DNA of 45,236 nucleotides from Acidobacteriaceae bacterium (GCA_043765355.1 JAYUJG010000224.1:1-45236); one strand, 5' to 3'. Counted from the first letter of the stretch, positions 19,244-28,170 are shown. Numbers and translations: made by a program. The notes: a model not told the origin generated them from the sequence alone.

Positions 19244-19310
19244 GGCCTCAGCGGCTGAAGCCGTCGCTTTTGGGCGACCTTGCGGCACAACTGAAGGTCG
19301 TGCCCTTCCC
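19244..19310 (-). repeat. REP-like hairpin element, family A, copy 3 (inverted orientation)
   Basis: The reverse complement of 19284-19310 is GGGAAGGGCACGACCTTCAGTTGTGCC. The upstream part contains a second GGCTGAAGCC hairpin. It is intergenic, between the orphan ORF and the 3' end of ribF. Confidence 0.6.
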
Positions 19311-19360
19311 AATCTTGGTTGACTGTACGCCGTAACTTGAGAATGTCTTAAAACGAGCCG

Positions 19361-20299
19361 TTATCGTCCCAGCTGCCGCAGATACCTCTGCGCCTTCCGC
19401 ACGTCTCGCGCAATCTGCTCCTTCAGCGCTTCGACCGATGGAAACTTAATCTCATCGCGCAGCCGATCGAGAAAGTGTAGTTCGACTTCGGTTTCCGCCG
19501 TCAGTTCGAGCGGATGGAAGTTCAGCAGGTGCGATTCGATGGCGAACGAATCGCTGCCAAACGTTGGGCGGTTGCCGACGTTGGTGACGGAGTCGAAACA
19601 CTCATCCCCGACGCGCGTGCGCGTGATGTACACGCCGTCTTTCGGGATGAGTTCGTCGTAGTGCGCCAGGTTGATGGTGGGGACGGTGTACTTCGTGCCG
19701 TAGCCGCGGCCTCGGCCGGGAGTCGAAAGAATACTGAAGGGACGCGCCAGCAAGTGGCGGGCGCGGCTCACTCGTCCTTCGAAAAGCAGCTTGCGAATGT
19801 GGCTGCTTGAGACGGGCTCTCCGCGCAGGCGCATCTCGGGATAGTCGTGCACTTCGAATCCCATCTCGTGGCCGAGGTCGCGCAAGGTTTTAATGTTGCC
19901 CGCGGCTTTGTGTCCGAAGTGGAAGTTGTAGCCTTCGTAAACTTCACGGGCGTGCAGACGCTGCTTCAGAATTTCGTAAGCGAAATCATGCGGCGTCATC
20001 AGCGAAAGATCGCGCGAGAAGGGAAGTAGTAAAGCAGCGTCGGCGCCGGTGGTCTCAAGTAACCGTAGTTTCTCCGGCAGCGGAGTAAGAAGTTTGAAAA
20101 TGTGATCGGGCCGCAGGATGCGCGCGGGATGAGGCTCGAAGCTGACAACGACGGACCGGGCGTTCGTGGCTTTCGCGCGGCGCACGATTTCGTCAATGAC
20201 GTGGCGATGCGCGCGGTGGACGCCGTCGAAGTTGCCCACGCTGAGCAGAGTGGGGCCGAAGTCGGCGGGGATGTCTTCGAGTCTGTGAAAAGTGAGCAT
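19361..20299 (-). CDS. ribF: bifunctional riboflavin kinase / FMN adenylyltransferase
   Basis: MLTFHRLEDIP...VGNFDGVHRAH motif with a C-terminal riboflavin-kinase domain. I chose ATG 20299, because the ORF-track start at 20347 lies in the loop of the 20316-20385 hairpin. Confidence 0.9.
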   Translation of the reverse strand: MLTFHRLEDIPADFGPTLLSVGNFDGVHRAHRHVIDEIVRRAKATNARSVVVSFEPHPARILRPDHIFKLLTPLPEKLRLLETTGADAALLLPFSRDLSLMTPHDFAYEILKQRLHAREVYEGYNFHFGHKAAGNIKTLRDLGHEMGFEVHDYPEMRLRGEPVSSSHIRKLLFEGRVSRARHLLARPFSILSTPGRGRGYGTKYTVPTINLAHYDELIPKDGVYITRTRVGDECFDSVTNVGNRPTFGSDSFAIESHLLNFHPLELTAETEVELHFLDRLRDEIKFPSVEALKEQIARDVRKAQRYLRQLGR

Positions 20300-20315
20300 T
20301 CGAAACTCTTGATCA

Positions 20316-20385
20316 CCGCCGAGACGCCGAGTGCGCTGAGAAATCATTCCTACGGTTTTTCTCGGCGCACTCGGCGTCTCGGCGG
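20316..20385. repeat. very long near-perfect hairpin (28-nt arms, 14-nt loop) between the MBL-fold gene and ribF
   Basis: The left arm is ccgccgagacgccgagtgcgctgagaaa and the right arm is tttctcggcgcactcggcgtctcggcgg. There is one mismatch in 28. It begins 5 nt after the MBL-gene stop, and no U-tract follows on the coding strand. Confidence 0.7.
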
Positions 20386-20389
20386 TAAA

Positions 20390-21163
20390 TCAAATTTGAA
20401 ACTCCAACTTCATGCCATCGAATGCCAGTTGCACACCCGGTGGCAATGCGGCGTTGGTTGCCTCGTGCGGCAGGTCGTGGCAGATGTGGGTGAAAAATGT
20501 GCGCTTTGGTTTGAGGGATTCCACGATCTTCAGCGACTGCTCTACTGTGGAATGCGTGGGATGCGGGACATAACGGAGCGCGTCCAGAAATAAAATGTCG
20601 AGGCCGCGCAGGTTCTCCAGAGTTGCGGCGGGAATCTCGCTGTGATCGGTGAGGTAGGCGGCCGATCCGAAGCGGAAACCGAGAATCGGCGTTTCTCCGT
20701 GGATCACCGTCAGCGGCTCAAACGTTGTTCCAAACAGCTCGACTGGTCCCTCGATCGGATGCAGTTCGACTTGGGGTAGTCCGCCGAATTTATATACAGG
20801 GTTGAAAATGTAGCCGAACATGTTGCGCAGGAAATCGGACGCTTGCGGAGTAGCGTAGAGCGGCAGCTTGCCGGGGCGATGCTTGTACGTCAGCGGACGT
20901 AAATCGTCGATGCCCAGAATGTGGTCGGCGTGAGTGTGGGTATAAAGGACGGCATCGAGTTGGGTGATTTGTTCCCGCAACGCCTGTTCGCGGAAGTCAG
21001 GCGTGGTGTCGATTAAGACATTGCGGCCGTTGTAGGCGATCAGCACGGAAGGGCGTGTGCGGCGGTCACAGGGGTTCGGCGAATGGCACACGGCGCAGTT
21101 ACAGCCGATCGTGGGGACGCCCACCGATGTGCCGCTGCCGAGAACCGTAAGAGTCGCCTGCAT
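20390..21163 (-). CDS. MBL-fold metallo-hydrolase (PhnP/GPMB-like)
   Basis: MQATLTVLGSGTSVGVP...CNCAVC...YTHTHADHILG carries HxHxDH. The ATG at 21163 overlaps the stop of the upstream gene. Confidence 0.85.
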   Translation of the reverse strand: MQATLTVLGSGTSVGVPTIGCNCAVCHSPNPCDRRTRPSVLIAYNGRNVLIDTTPDFREQALREQITQLDAVLYTHTHADHILGIDDLRPLTYKHRPGKLPLYATPQASDFLRNMFGYIFNPVYKFGGLPQVELHPIEGPVELFGTTFEPLTVIHGETPILGFRFGSAAYLTDHSEIPAATLENLRGLDILFLDALRYVPHPTHSTVEQSLKIVESLKPKRTFFTHICHDLPHEATNAALPPGVQLAFDGMKLEFQI

Positions 21164-21801
21164 CAGCCGTTCGTTCCTGTGATCGAGCCCCCAGTAATCG
21201 GGCCGGGAGCCTGGGGAGGACGAGCGAGCGCGTTGGTCACCTCGACGTACGCCATGCGCAATTCGTAGAGGCAATTTTGCAGAAATCCCTGCTCTTTCGC
21301 GGTGAGATTGCCTTTTGTCTTCTCGGCGATCATGCCGAGTGTGTCGATGGTCTGGCGGGCGCCGATCACGTCGACGCCGGGCTGGCCGCCTTGTTCGTGC
21401 ATCAGGCCGAGTTGCATCATGGCGGTCATGTAGAGCGAAGCCATGAAGCGTTCAAAACTCATTTGAAGTTCTTTGGCGGAGTGGCCGTTGAGTTCGACGC
21501 GGGCATCGAGGTCGCGCGACGATTGCCTGTAGGCCTCGTGCTGTACCTGCTGTTCCGAGGCGGTCGGCGGTTCGGGGATATCGGATTCGGCGGCAGGTTC
21601 GACGAGTGTGGTTGCGGTGGTAGCTTCGGGCACCATCGAAACATCTGTGGCGGTCGAAGACGAGCTGTTCGGTGACGACGCGGCCGGAGTCGAAGTTGCC
21701 GTCATGTGTTCCTCTGTAGAGTCGCGTAGTTCTCCATCGTTGGTGAACAAGCGGCGGTCGCTTACTTTGAATTCGCTTTCTTCTTTTCTTTTCTGAGCCA
21801 T
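21163..21801 (-). CDS. DUF1844-domain protein
   Basis: 212 aa. After a low-complexity S/T/P/A-rich middle, the C-terminal block is FERFMASLYMTAMMQLGL...ARQTIDTLGMIAEKTKGNLTAKEQGFLQNCLYELRMAYVE, typical of DUF1844. Confidence 0.75.
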   Translation of the reverse strand: MAQKRKEESEFKVSDRRLFTNDGELRDSTEEHMTATSTPAASSPNSSSSTATDVSMVPEATTATTLVEPAAESDIPEPPTASEQQVQHEAYRQSSRDLDARVELNGHSAKELQMSFERFMASLYMTAMMQLGLMHEQGGQPGVDVIGARQTIDTLGMIAEKTKGNLTAKEQGFLQNCLYELRMAYVEVTNALARPPQAPGPITGGSITGTNG

Positions 21802-21838
21802 AGGGTTTTCCTGGTTTCGATAATCTCGCTGTAACGAT

Positions 21839-22900
21839 TCAGTTGATGGGGAGCGATGTTGGTTTCAGCTTCGCTGTTCCCGCGCGCAAATCTTTTTCCG
21901 CAGCTTCGCGTCGGAGGTAGCCCAATGCCACCGGGCGATCGCCAGTGGGTAGAGGCAGAATTGCGCTGCTGGTGATCTCGCCGACTTCTTTTTCGCCGCC
22001 GTCGCCACCCACGTGAGCAAAAACCTTTGTGCCGGGTTCAGGCAGCGCGCCCTCGACTACGAAAGCGGTGAATTGGCGGTGGACGGCACCGCGCGAGCGT
22101 ATGCGCTCCACGATCTCCTGACCGAGATAGCATCCCTTGGTGAAATTCAATGCCCGCGTCTGCCCGGTTTCCTGCGGCAAGTCGCGGTCGCGGATGTCCA
22201 CCCCGAATTGCGGGATGCCGCGCGAGATGCGGAATAGATTCAGAGCGGTTGTGCCCACGGAGCGCGCACCCGCTTCAGTTAGCGACTGCATGAGTTCCCC
22301 GGCATGCTCGGACGCAATCCAGACTTGCCAGGACTCGCCCACTTCTTCGCCTGCACGTGCGAGGGTGGCAGGGCGCTGATGCCACACGACATCCGCGAAC
22401 TGAAGATGGGCGAGATCAGGCGCAGCGATGCCGGCGCGTTCAAGAACATTGCGCGATTCCGAGCCGGTCAACCCAATCGCGCTGAGTTTGTCACTGACGT
22501 CGGTGATTTCAACATCGTCGGCAATGATATAGCGATCGAACAACTCCAATACTTTGTGTAGCTGTGCCCGTTCCGTGTCGACCAGGAGTGATTCGCCACG
22601 CTGGAATTGGAAAACGTAGAGGTCGGCCTGGATGCGGCCTTGAGCATTCAGCAGAAAGGAATAGACGCCGTGGCCGACGGCAAGATCGCGAACATTGTTC
22701 GTGGCCATGCCGTTGAGCCAGCGGACGCGGTCGCCGCCGGTCACCGCGATCTTGGCGCGTCCGTCCAGAGGATAGACGCCGCATTCCGAGAGCAGCGACT
22801 GAAACTCCACCCCAGCCTCGCGGAAATCTGGCACGCTGCCGGCGCCAGATTGTTCACTGGGGTTGGCCGCGGGATGGGAAGTTGTAGTCATGGGCTGCAT
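21839..22900 (-). CDS. ygfZ: folate-binding YgfZ / GcvT-family protein
   Basis: 353 aa with an aminomethyltransferase-like fold. The YgfZ signature is present as TKGCYLGQEIVERIRSRG. Confidence 0.85.
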   Translation of the reverse strand: MQPMTTTSHPAANPSEQSGAGSVPDFREAGVEFQSLLSECGVYPLDGRAKIAVTGGDRVRWLNGMATNNVRDLAVGHGVYSFLLNAQGRIQADLYVFQFQRGESLLVDTERAQLHKVLELFDRYIIADDVEITDVSDKLSAIGLTGSESRNVLERAGIAAPDLAHLQFADVVWHQRPATLARAGEEVGESWQVWIASEHAGELMQSLTEAGARSVGTTALNLFRISRGIPQFGVDIRDRDLPQETGQTRALNFTKGCYLGQEIVERIRSRGAVHRQFTAFVVEGALPEPGTKVFAHVGGDGGEKEVGEITSSAILPLPTGDRPVALGYLRREAAEKDLRAGTAKLKPTSLPIN

Positions 22901-23051
22901 CTTTGATTATAACGAACGCGGATTATAAGGAACGCGCGATGCTGACCGTCGTCCGCGCGGGCACTTGCCGGGGCGCTAACGCGTGGCCTCAGTTTCTTGC
23001 GGTGACCGACGGGAGCTTCAGCCCTCGAGAACCTGGCCCGCAATCCGTTTC

Positions 23052-24152
23052 ATGAATGGCGACGCCTGTGCTACCGTTTCGAGCGTGAGCACCAAGAAGC
23101 GCATTGCCCTCATCCCCGGAGACGGAATTGGCAAAGAGGTCATTCCGCAGGCCGTAGAAGCGATCAAAGCCTCCGGCGCAGCGGTTGAACTCACGTCGTT
23201 CGATTGGGGAGCCGATCGCTATCTCTCCGATGGCGTCACCGTTCCGGCGGACGGTTTCTCGATGCTGGCTCGTGATTTTGGCGCCATTCTGGTCGGCGCA
23301 TTCGGCGATCCGCGCGTGCCTTCGAACATTCACGCCAAAGAAATTCTTTTGGGCATGCGCACTCGGATGGACTTGTTCGCCAACGTCCGGCCGGTGCGGT
23401 TGATGGATGCGTCGCTGTGCCCGCTCAAAGGGATCGAGCCGAGGGACCTCGACTTTGTCGTGATTCGCGAAAATACCGAAGGCGTTTATGGCGACCTTGG
23501 GGGCGTGTTCAAGCAGGGAACGGCCGACGAAGTTGCGATTCAAGAAGACATCAACACGCGCAAGGGAGTGGAGCGAATTATTCGCTTCGCATTTGAATAC
23601 TGCGCGACTGCTAAGAGGTTAGACGGAGCACCTCGCCGTCGCGTGCTGATGAGCGACAAGTCGAACGCGATGACGCACGCCGGAGGGTTGTGGCAGCGCG
23701 TATTCAAAGAGGTCGCGGCGGAGTATCCGAAGATCGAGACGCAGCATATGTATGTGGACGCGCTCTGCATGCAGATGGTGCGCGATCCGCGCGGGTTCGA
23801 TGTGATCGTAACTAACAATATGTTCGGCGACATTATTACGGATCTTGCCGCCGGATTGCAGGGCGGATTGGGGATGGCGGCTAGCGGCAATCTGCGTCCG
23901 GGACATACGTCGATGTTCGAGCCCGTGCACGGGTCGGCTCCGACGATTGCGGGGAATGTCGCCAATCCCTTTGGCGCGATGCTGACGGCAGCGATGATGC
24001 TGGCGCATCTTGGGATGGTCGGCGAGGCGCGGAAGATCGAGGCGGCGGTGCTCGAAGCGGTGCTGCGGAAAAAGACAACGGTCGATATCGGTGGGCTGCT
24101 GGGAACGCGCGAAGCGGGCGAGTGGGTGGCGAAGATGGTTGGCGGTTCCTAA
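23052..24152 (+). CDS. isocitrate/isopropylmalate dehydrogenase-family enzyme (tartrate / D-malate dehydrogenase-like or 3-IPM dehydrogenase)
   Basis: KKRIALIPGDGIGKEV, FDWGADRYL, NVRPVR, VVIRENTEGVY, NMFGDIITDLAAGLQGGLGMAASGN and FEPVHGSAP. The start may be ATG 23052 or GTG 23085. The ORF-track start at 22983 looks too long. Confidence 0.85.
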   Translation: MNGDACATVSSVSTKKRIALIPGDGIGKEVIPQAVEAIKASGAAVELTSFDWGADRYLSDGVTVPADGFSMLARDFGAILVGAFGDPRVPSNIHAKEILLGMRTRMDLFANVRPVRLMDASLCPLKGIEPRDLDFVVIRENTEGVYGDLGGVFKQGTADEVAIQEDINTRKGVERIIRFAFEYCATAKRLDGAPRRRVLMSDKSNAMTHAGGLWQRVFKEVAAEYPKIETQHMYVDALCMQMVRDPRGFDVIVTNNMFGDIITDLAAGLQGGLGMAASGNLRPGHTSMFEPVHGSAPTIAGNVANPFGAMLTAAMMLAHLGMVGEARKIEAAVLEAVLRKKTTVDIGGLLGTREAGEWVAKMVGGS

Positions 24153-24262
24153 GAAGGTGGGTAGGGCGCCACGCTGGCCATCTTGAAAGTTCTGTCATCC
24201 GCGGAGTCGAAGGATCTCTACTCGAGCGAAAATGTCAATCGGGGTAGGGGTCCTTCGACTTC

Positions 24263-24291
24263 GCGACAGCTTCACTTGGTGAAGCTGTCGC
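24263..24291 (+). terminator. 13-bp perfect stem-loop downstream of the dehydrogenase gene
   Basis: gcgacagcttcac-ttg-gtgaagctgtcgc. A 10-bp inverted repeat, agtcgaagga (24205-24214) and tccttcgact (24251-24260), precedes it. There is no clear U-tract. Confidence 0.4.
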
Positions 24292-24334
24292 TACGCCTAG
24301 GACGACAACGGTCAAAACGGTCACACCTCTGAGG

Positions 24335-25852
24335 ATGACATTGAAGATGAAGTTGGGGAAGTCTGCGGCTGCTCTTTTGCTGCCAATCGTGGTGACGATT
24401 GGGCTTTGCTCCCAAGCGGTTCCGGCTCAAACCCGAGCACGGGCAGAGAGAGGTCAGGCACTAGGGTTGCCCGACCAGGCGCAGGGCCCGGCGGGCGAGG
24501 GCGCCCGACCCACACAAACACATGAAGACACCACCGTCTCGTCCAAAGAGGCGAAAGAACTCTTTCGTTCGGTGGACGAGATTCTGAAGTTCGCCAGCGA
24601 TGATACTGGTCTTCCGATCAAGCATCAGGTTAAGCGCAAGCTGACCAAGCGCGACGAAGTGCAGGCGTACATCGAAAAGAATATGAAGGAGGACAAGGAC
24701 GCGAAACGGTTGGAGAGGTCGGCAGACGTGCTCAAGAAATTCGGATTGCTGCCGCGGAACTTCGATCTGCCGAAATTTCTGGTGGCGATGTTGCGCGAGC
24801 AGGTGGCGGGATACTACGACGTCAAAACAAAAGCCGTACATCTGCTGAACTGGGTTGATGTGGACCAGCAGAAGCCGGTGTTGGCGCACGAATTGACACA
24901 TGCGCTGCAGGACCAGTCGTTTGGCATTGAAAAATGGATGAAGGGGTCGAGGAGCGATACCGACAATAAAAGGAATGATCCGAGTCCTGCGGACATAGTG
25001 ACGGATGAGGAGAGTTCGGCGCGGCAGGCGATCGTCGAGGGGCAGGCGATGGTTGTGCTGCTCGACTACACGTTGGCGCCGAGCGGCAAGTCGCTGCTGG
25101 ATTCACCGCAGGTTGTCGAAGCGCTCAAGCAGGGGATGTTGACGGGGTCGGAAGATTTTCCGGAGTTTCGCGACGCGCCGATCTTGTTGAAAGAGGAACT
25201 GACTTTTCCCTATCGCTATGGGATCGACTTCACGAGCGCGCTGCTGAAGGCAGGCGGAAAGGAGCTGGCGTATGCGGCAGCGTTCAGGGATCCGCCGAAG
25301 ACAACGCGGGAAATTATGGAGCCGCAGACTTACCTGGCGCACGAAAAGCTTGCGCCGATGAGAATGATCGACATGGAGAAAGATTTCAAAGGCTACAACG
25401 CGTTTGATATCGGCGCGATGGGCGAGTTCGACGTGGACATTTTGGTGGAACAATATGCGGGCCGGGAAATGGCAGGGGCCATTTATCCGGAGTGGCGCGG
25501 CGGGTATTACTTCGCGGGGAAGCCCAAGGGAGACAAAGCGGGGGCGATAGGGTTGGCATATGTTTCGCGCTGGTCGAGTCCGGAGAAGGCGGCGGAATTC
25601 GCGGCGATCTATGCGAAATCGCTGGCGGAGCGGTATCAGCGGCACGAAGGCTTGGGGGCGGATGGCAAGGTTGCGGAGGACGCGCCGCCGGCCGATTCCT
25701 GGCGGACGTTGCGCGGGCGGCACTCGTGGAGGACAGAAGAGGGAGCGGTGGTGATCGAGGTTCGCGGCGCCGAGATCTTGATCAGCGAAAGTTTGGATGA
25801 CGCGACGACGCAGCGGGTCGCGGCGGATTTTTGGCCGGGAGAAAAACCGTAG
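24335..25852 (+). CDS. secreted putative zinc metalloprotease (HExxH), family not recognised
   Basis: 505 aa. Signal peptide MKLGKSAAALLLPIVVTIGLCSQAVPA, and an HExxH motif in PVLAHELTHALQDQSF. Confidence 0.65.
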   Translation: MTLKMKLGKSAAALLLPIVVTIGLCSQAVPAQTRARAERGQALGLPDQAQGPAGEGARPTQTHEDTTVSSKEAKELFRSVDEILKFASDDTGLPIKHQVKRKLTKRDEVQAYIEKNMKEDKDAKRLERSADVLKKFGLLPRNFDLPKFLVAMLREQVAGYYDVKTKAVHLLNWVDVDQQKPVLAHELTHALQDQSFGIEKWMKGSRSDTDNKRNDPSPADIVTDEESSARQAIVEGQAMVVLLDYTLAPSGKSLLDSPQVVEALKQGMLTGSEDFPEFRDAPILLKEELTFPYRYGIDFTSALLKAGGKELAYAAAFRDPPKTTREIMEPQTYLAHEKLAPMRMIDMEKDFKGYNAFDIGAMGEFDVDILVEQYAGREMAGAIYPEWRGGYYFAGKPKGDKAGAIGLAYVSRWSSPEKAAEFAAIYAKSLAERYQRHEGLGADGKVAEDAPPADSWRTLRGRHSWRTEEGAVVIEVRGAEILISESLDDATTQRVAADFWPGEKP

Positions 25853-26077
25853 CGGTTTATAGCGGAGTTTTATTTGCTCCAAGGAATTTGATTCGGCATC
25901 GACTAAGAACTTGAACCGCACGGTACACGGGCCGCTCAGGGGACCTCCATGTCTGAGCGGGGCCCGAGTGCGGACCCTCTCGAGCAGACGACGATTTTCC
26001 GTCTTGTATAATCGTTTGTTCCGCTATTCGGTTGGCTTTCTCCGTTCGTAGTCATTCCATTCCCATCAGGAGCGCAT

Positions 26078-26941
26078 TTGCAGCAGGCAGAGATTGGCAT
26101 TATCGGCGGCAGTGGTTTGTATCACATGCCGGGTTTCACCGACGCGCACGAGGCGCAATTACAGACTCCGTTTGGAGAGCCCTCGGACGCTTACATTCTG
26201 GGGACGCTCGATGGCCGGAAGGTCGCATTTTTGGCGCGCCACGCTCGCGGTCACAAACTTCTACCGAGTGAACTCAATTTCCGCGCCAATATTCACGGCT
26301 TTAAGCAGCTGGGCGTCGAGCGCATTGTTTCGGTCTCGGCTGTGGGATCGTTGAAGGAAGAGCATAAGCCGCTCGATTTCGTGATTCCCAATCAGTTCTA
26401 TGATCGCACCCGGCACCGCATCGACACGTTTTTTGGCGAGGGGGTGGTGGCGCATGTCGGATTTGGCGATCCGGTGTGCGGCGAAATGTCGACCGTGGTG
26501 CGGAGAGCGTGTAACGCGTCGGGCGTGCCGGCGAAACTCGGCGGGACTTATATCTGCATGGAGGGTCCGCAGTTTTCGACTAAGGCCGAGTCAAACGTGT
26601 ATCGCAGTTGGGGAGCCGATGTGATCGGCATGACCAACTTGCAGGAGGCGAAGCTGGCGCGCGAAGCGGAGATTTGCTACGTAACAATCGCGATGGTGAC
26701 GGATTACGATTGCTGGCATCCGCATCACGATTCGGTGACGGTAGAGCAGATCGTGGCGGTGCTGGCAAAGAACACTGAGAACGCCGCAAAGGTCGTGAAA
26801 GCCACGGTCGGAGCGATGCCGAAGGCGCGGTCTTGTAAGTGCGGGTCGGCGCTGGCGCATGCGATTCTGACGGATCCAACAAAGATTCCGGCAGCGACGA
26901 AACAGAAGCTGCAACTGATATTGGGGAAGTATTTGAAGTAG
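26078..26941 (+). CDS. mtnP: S-methyl-5'-thioadenosine phosphorylase
   Basis: 287 aa. [32 protein letters not shown] and [21 protein letters not shown] start sits 5 nt after AGGAG (26068-26072). Confidence 0.9.
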   Translation: MQQAEIGIIGGSGLYHMPGFTDAHEAQLQTPFGEPSDAYILGTLDGRKVAFLARHARGHKLLPSELNFRANIHGFKQLGVERIVSVSAVGSLKEEHKPLDFVIPNQFYDRTRHRIDTFFGEGVVAHVGFGDPVCGEMSTVVRRACNASGVPAKLGGTYICMEGPQFSTKAESNVYRSWGADVIGMTNLQEAKLAREAEICYVTIAMVTDYDCWHPHHDSVTVEQIVAVLAKNTENAAKVVKATVGAMPKARSCKCGSALAHAILTDPTKIPAATKQKLQLILGKYLK

Positions 26942-27078
26942 TCGTTGGTAATCAGTCGTTGGTCGCTGGTCATTAGTCGCTCGCGGTTCCAATTGGGTGC
27001 GCGGGTTTGCAATAGAGCGTCAACGACTAACGACCATCGACTAGCGACTTGATTCTCGCGACCAACGACTTATCTACG
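26942..27078. repeat. long imperfect palindrome, family B copy 2
   Basis: GTCGTTGGTCG at 26955-26965 and CGACCAACGAC at 27059-27069, with multiple GTCGTTGG / TAGTCGC units and their complements. It fills the whole mtnP-pfkB spacer. Confidence 0.6.
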
Positions 27079-27085
27079 GAGACGC

Positions 27086-28009
27086 ATGAGCATTCTTGTG
27101 GTCGGTTCGGTAGCATTTGACACGATCGCTACGCCTTCAGGGACGGTAAAGGACATTCTCGGAGGCGCGGCGACTTACTTTTCTTTGGCAGCCAGTTACT
27201 TCACCGAAGTGCGAATGGTGGCGGTCGTGGGCGATGATTTTACGGCTGAAAATGAAGCCGTGTTGAAGAAACGCGGTGTGGATACCCGCGGCATTGAGCG
27301 CACGGCGGGGAAGACCTTTCGCTGGGGCGGGCAGTATTTCGACAATTTGAATGAAGCCAAGACCGATTTCACCGAGTTGAATGTGTTTGAGAAGTTTCAG
27401 CCGCGGATCCCAAAGGAATATTCGGACACGAAGTTTCTTTTTCTTGCCAACATTCATCCCGCGCTGCAAACAGCGGTGAGTTCAGAGATGAGTGGAGTGC
27501 AACTGACTGGCGGCGATACCATGAATTTCTGGATTCAGGGCACACCGAAAGAATTGGCGGAGACTCTGAAGCGAGTGAATATTTTGCTGATCAATGACAC
27601 CGAGACGAAGATGCTGGCCGGAGAGCGGAATCTGCCGCGGGCGGCGAAGAAAGTTCTCGCGATGGGGCCGAAGGCGCTGGTGGTGAAGCATGGTGAGTAC
27701 GGTGCGACCATTTTTTTTCGCGAGGGAGCATTTGGCAACGGATCGCATCCTTTTCGCGCGCCGGCGTTACCGATTGAAGAGGTGAAAGATCCGACCGGAG
27801 CGGGCGATTCGTTTGCCGGCGGATTCATGGGCTATATCGCGTCACAAGGCGAGATCAATCGAGAAGTCCTGAAGCGCGCTTTATTTTATGGCGGTGTGAT
27901 GGGGTCGTTTGCGGTGGAGCGGTTTGGAACCGAGCGTCTGCAAAACCTTAAGCGCGAGGAGATTGAGGAGCGCTTTCAGATTTTCCGCGAGCTGACGCAT
28001 TTGCAGTAG
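27086..28009 (+). CDS. PfkB-family carbohydrate/nucleoside kinase
   Basis: 307 aa. N-terminal MSILVVGSVAFD and the ATP-binding signature DPTGAGDSFAGGFMGYI. Confidence 0.85.
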   Translation: MSILVVGSVAFDTIATPSGTVKDILGGAATYFSLAASYFTEVRMVAVVGDDFTAENEAVLKKRGVDTRGIERTAGKTFRWGGQYFDNLNEAKTDFTELNVFEKFQPRIPKEYSDTKFLFLANIHPALQTAVSSEMSGVQLTGGDTMNFWIQGTPKELAETLKRVNILLINDTETKMLAGERNLPRAAKKVLAMGPKALVVKHGEYGATIFFREGAFGNGSHPFRAPALPIEEVKDPTGAGDSFAGGFMGYIASQGEINREVLKRALFYGGVMGSFAVERFGTERLQNLKREEIEERFQIFRELTHLQ

Positions 28010-28170
28010 CGGAGGCTCGGGGATGCTTGCGTAAGTCGCGGTCGAGTCGTCCAGCAGCTTGAACCGCTAAGGGCGCTAAGAAGGGTAGCTGGGTGCAAAG
28101 AGAATCAAGTGCGAATCTCGTATCCTTCCTTCAGCTTTTCTAATATGGCATATCTCGCCGCGAGCACGCA

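Noticed and set aside
19361-20347. Longer ribF reading starting at 20347
   Set aside because: The extra 16 codons (MISQRTRRLGGDQEFR) are encoded by the arm and loop of the 28-bp hairpin and are not RibF-like. ATG 20299 begins the conserved MLTFHRLEDIP block.
22983-23051. N-terminal extension of the dehydrogenase ORF
   Set aside because: The conserved KKRIALIPGDGIG block starts about 35 codons in, and the extension (MASVSCGDRRELQPSRTWPAIRF) has no counterpart in this family.
25103-25921. 272-aa minus-strand ORF
   Set aside because: It is antisense to the secreted HExxH protein. It is Arg/Pro-rich and has no motifs.
25921-25975. Possible terminator hairpin (gggccgctcagg...ctgagcggggccc) after the HExxH protein gene
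   Set aside because: The stem is imperfect and bulged, there is no T-tract, and it is not repeated elsewhere in the window. The evidence is too weak to call.
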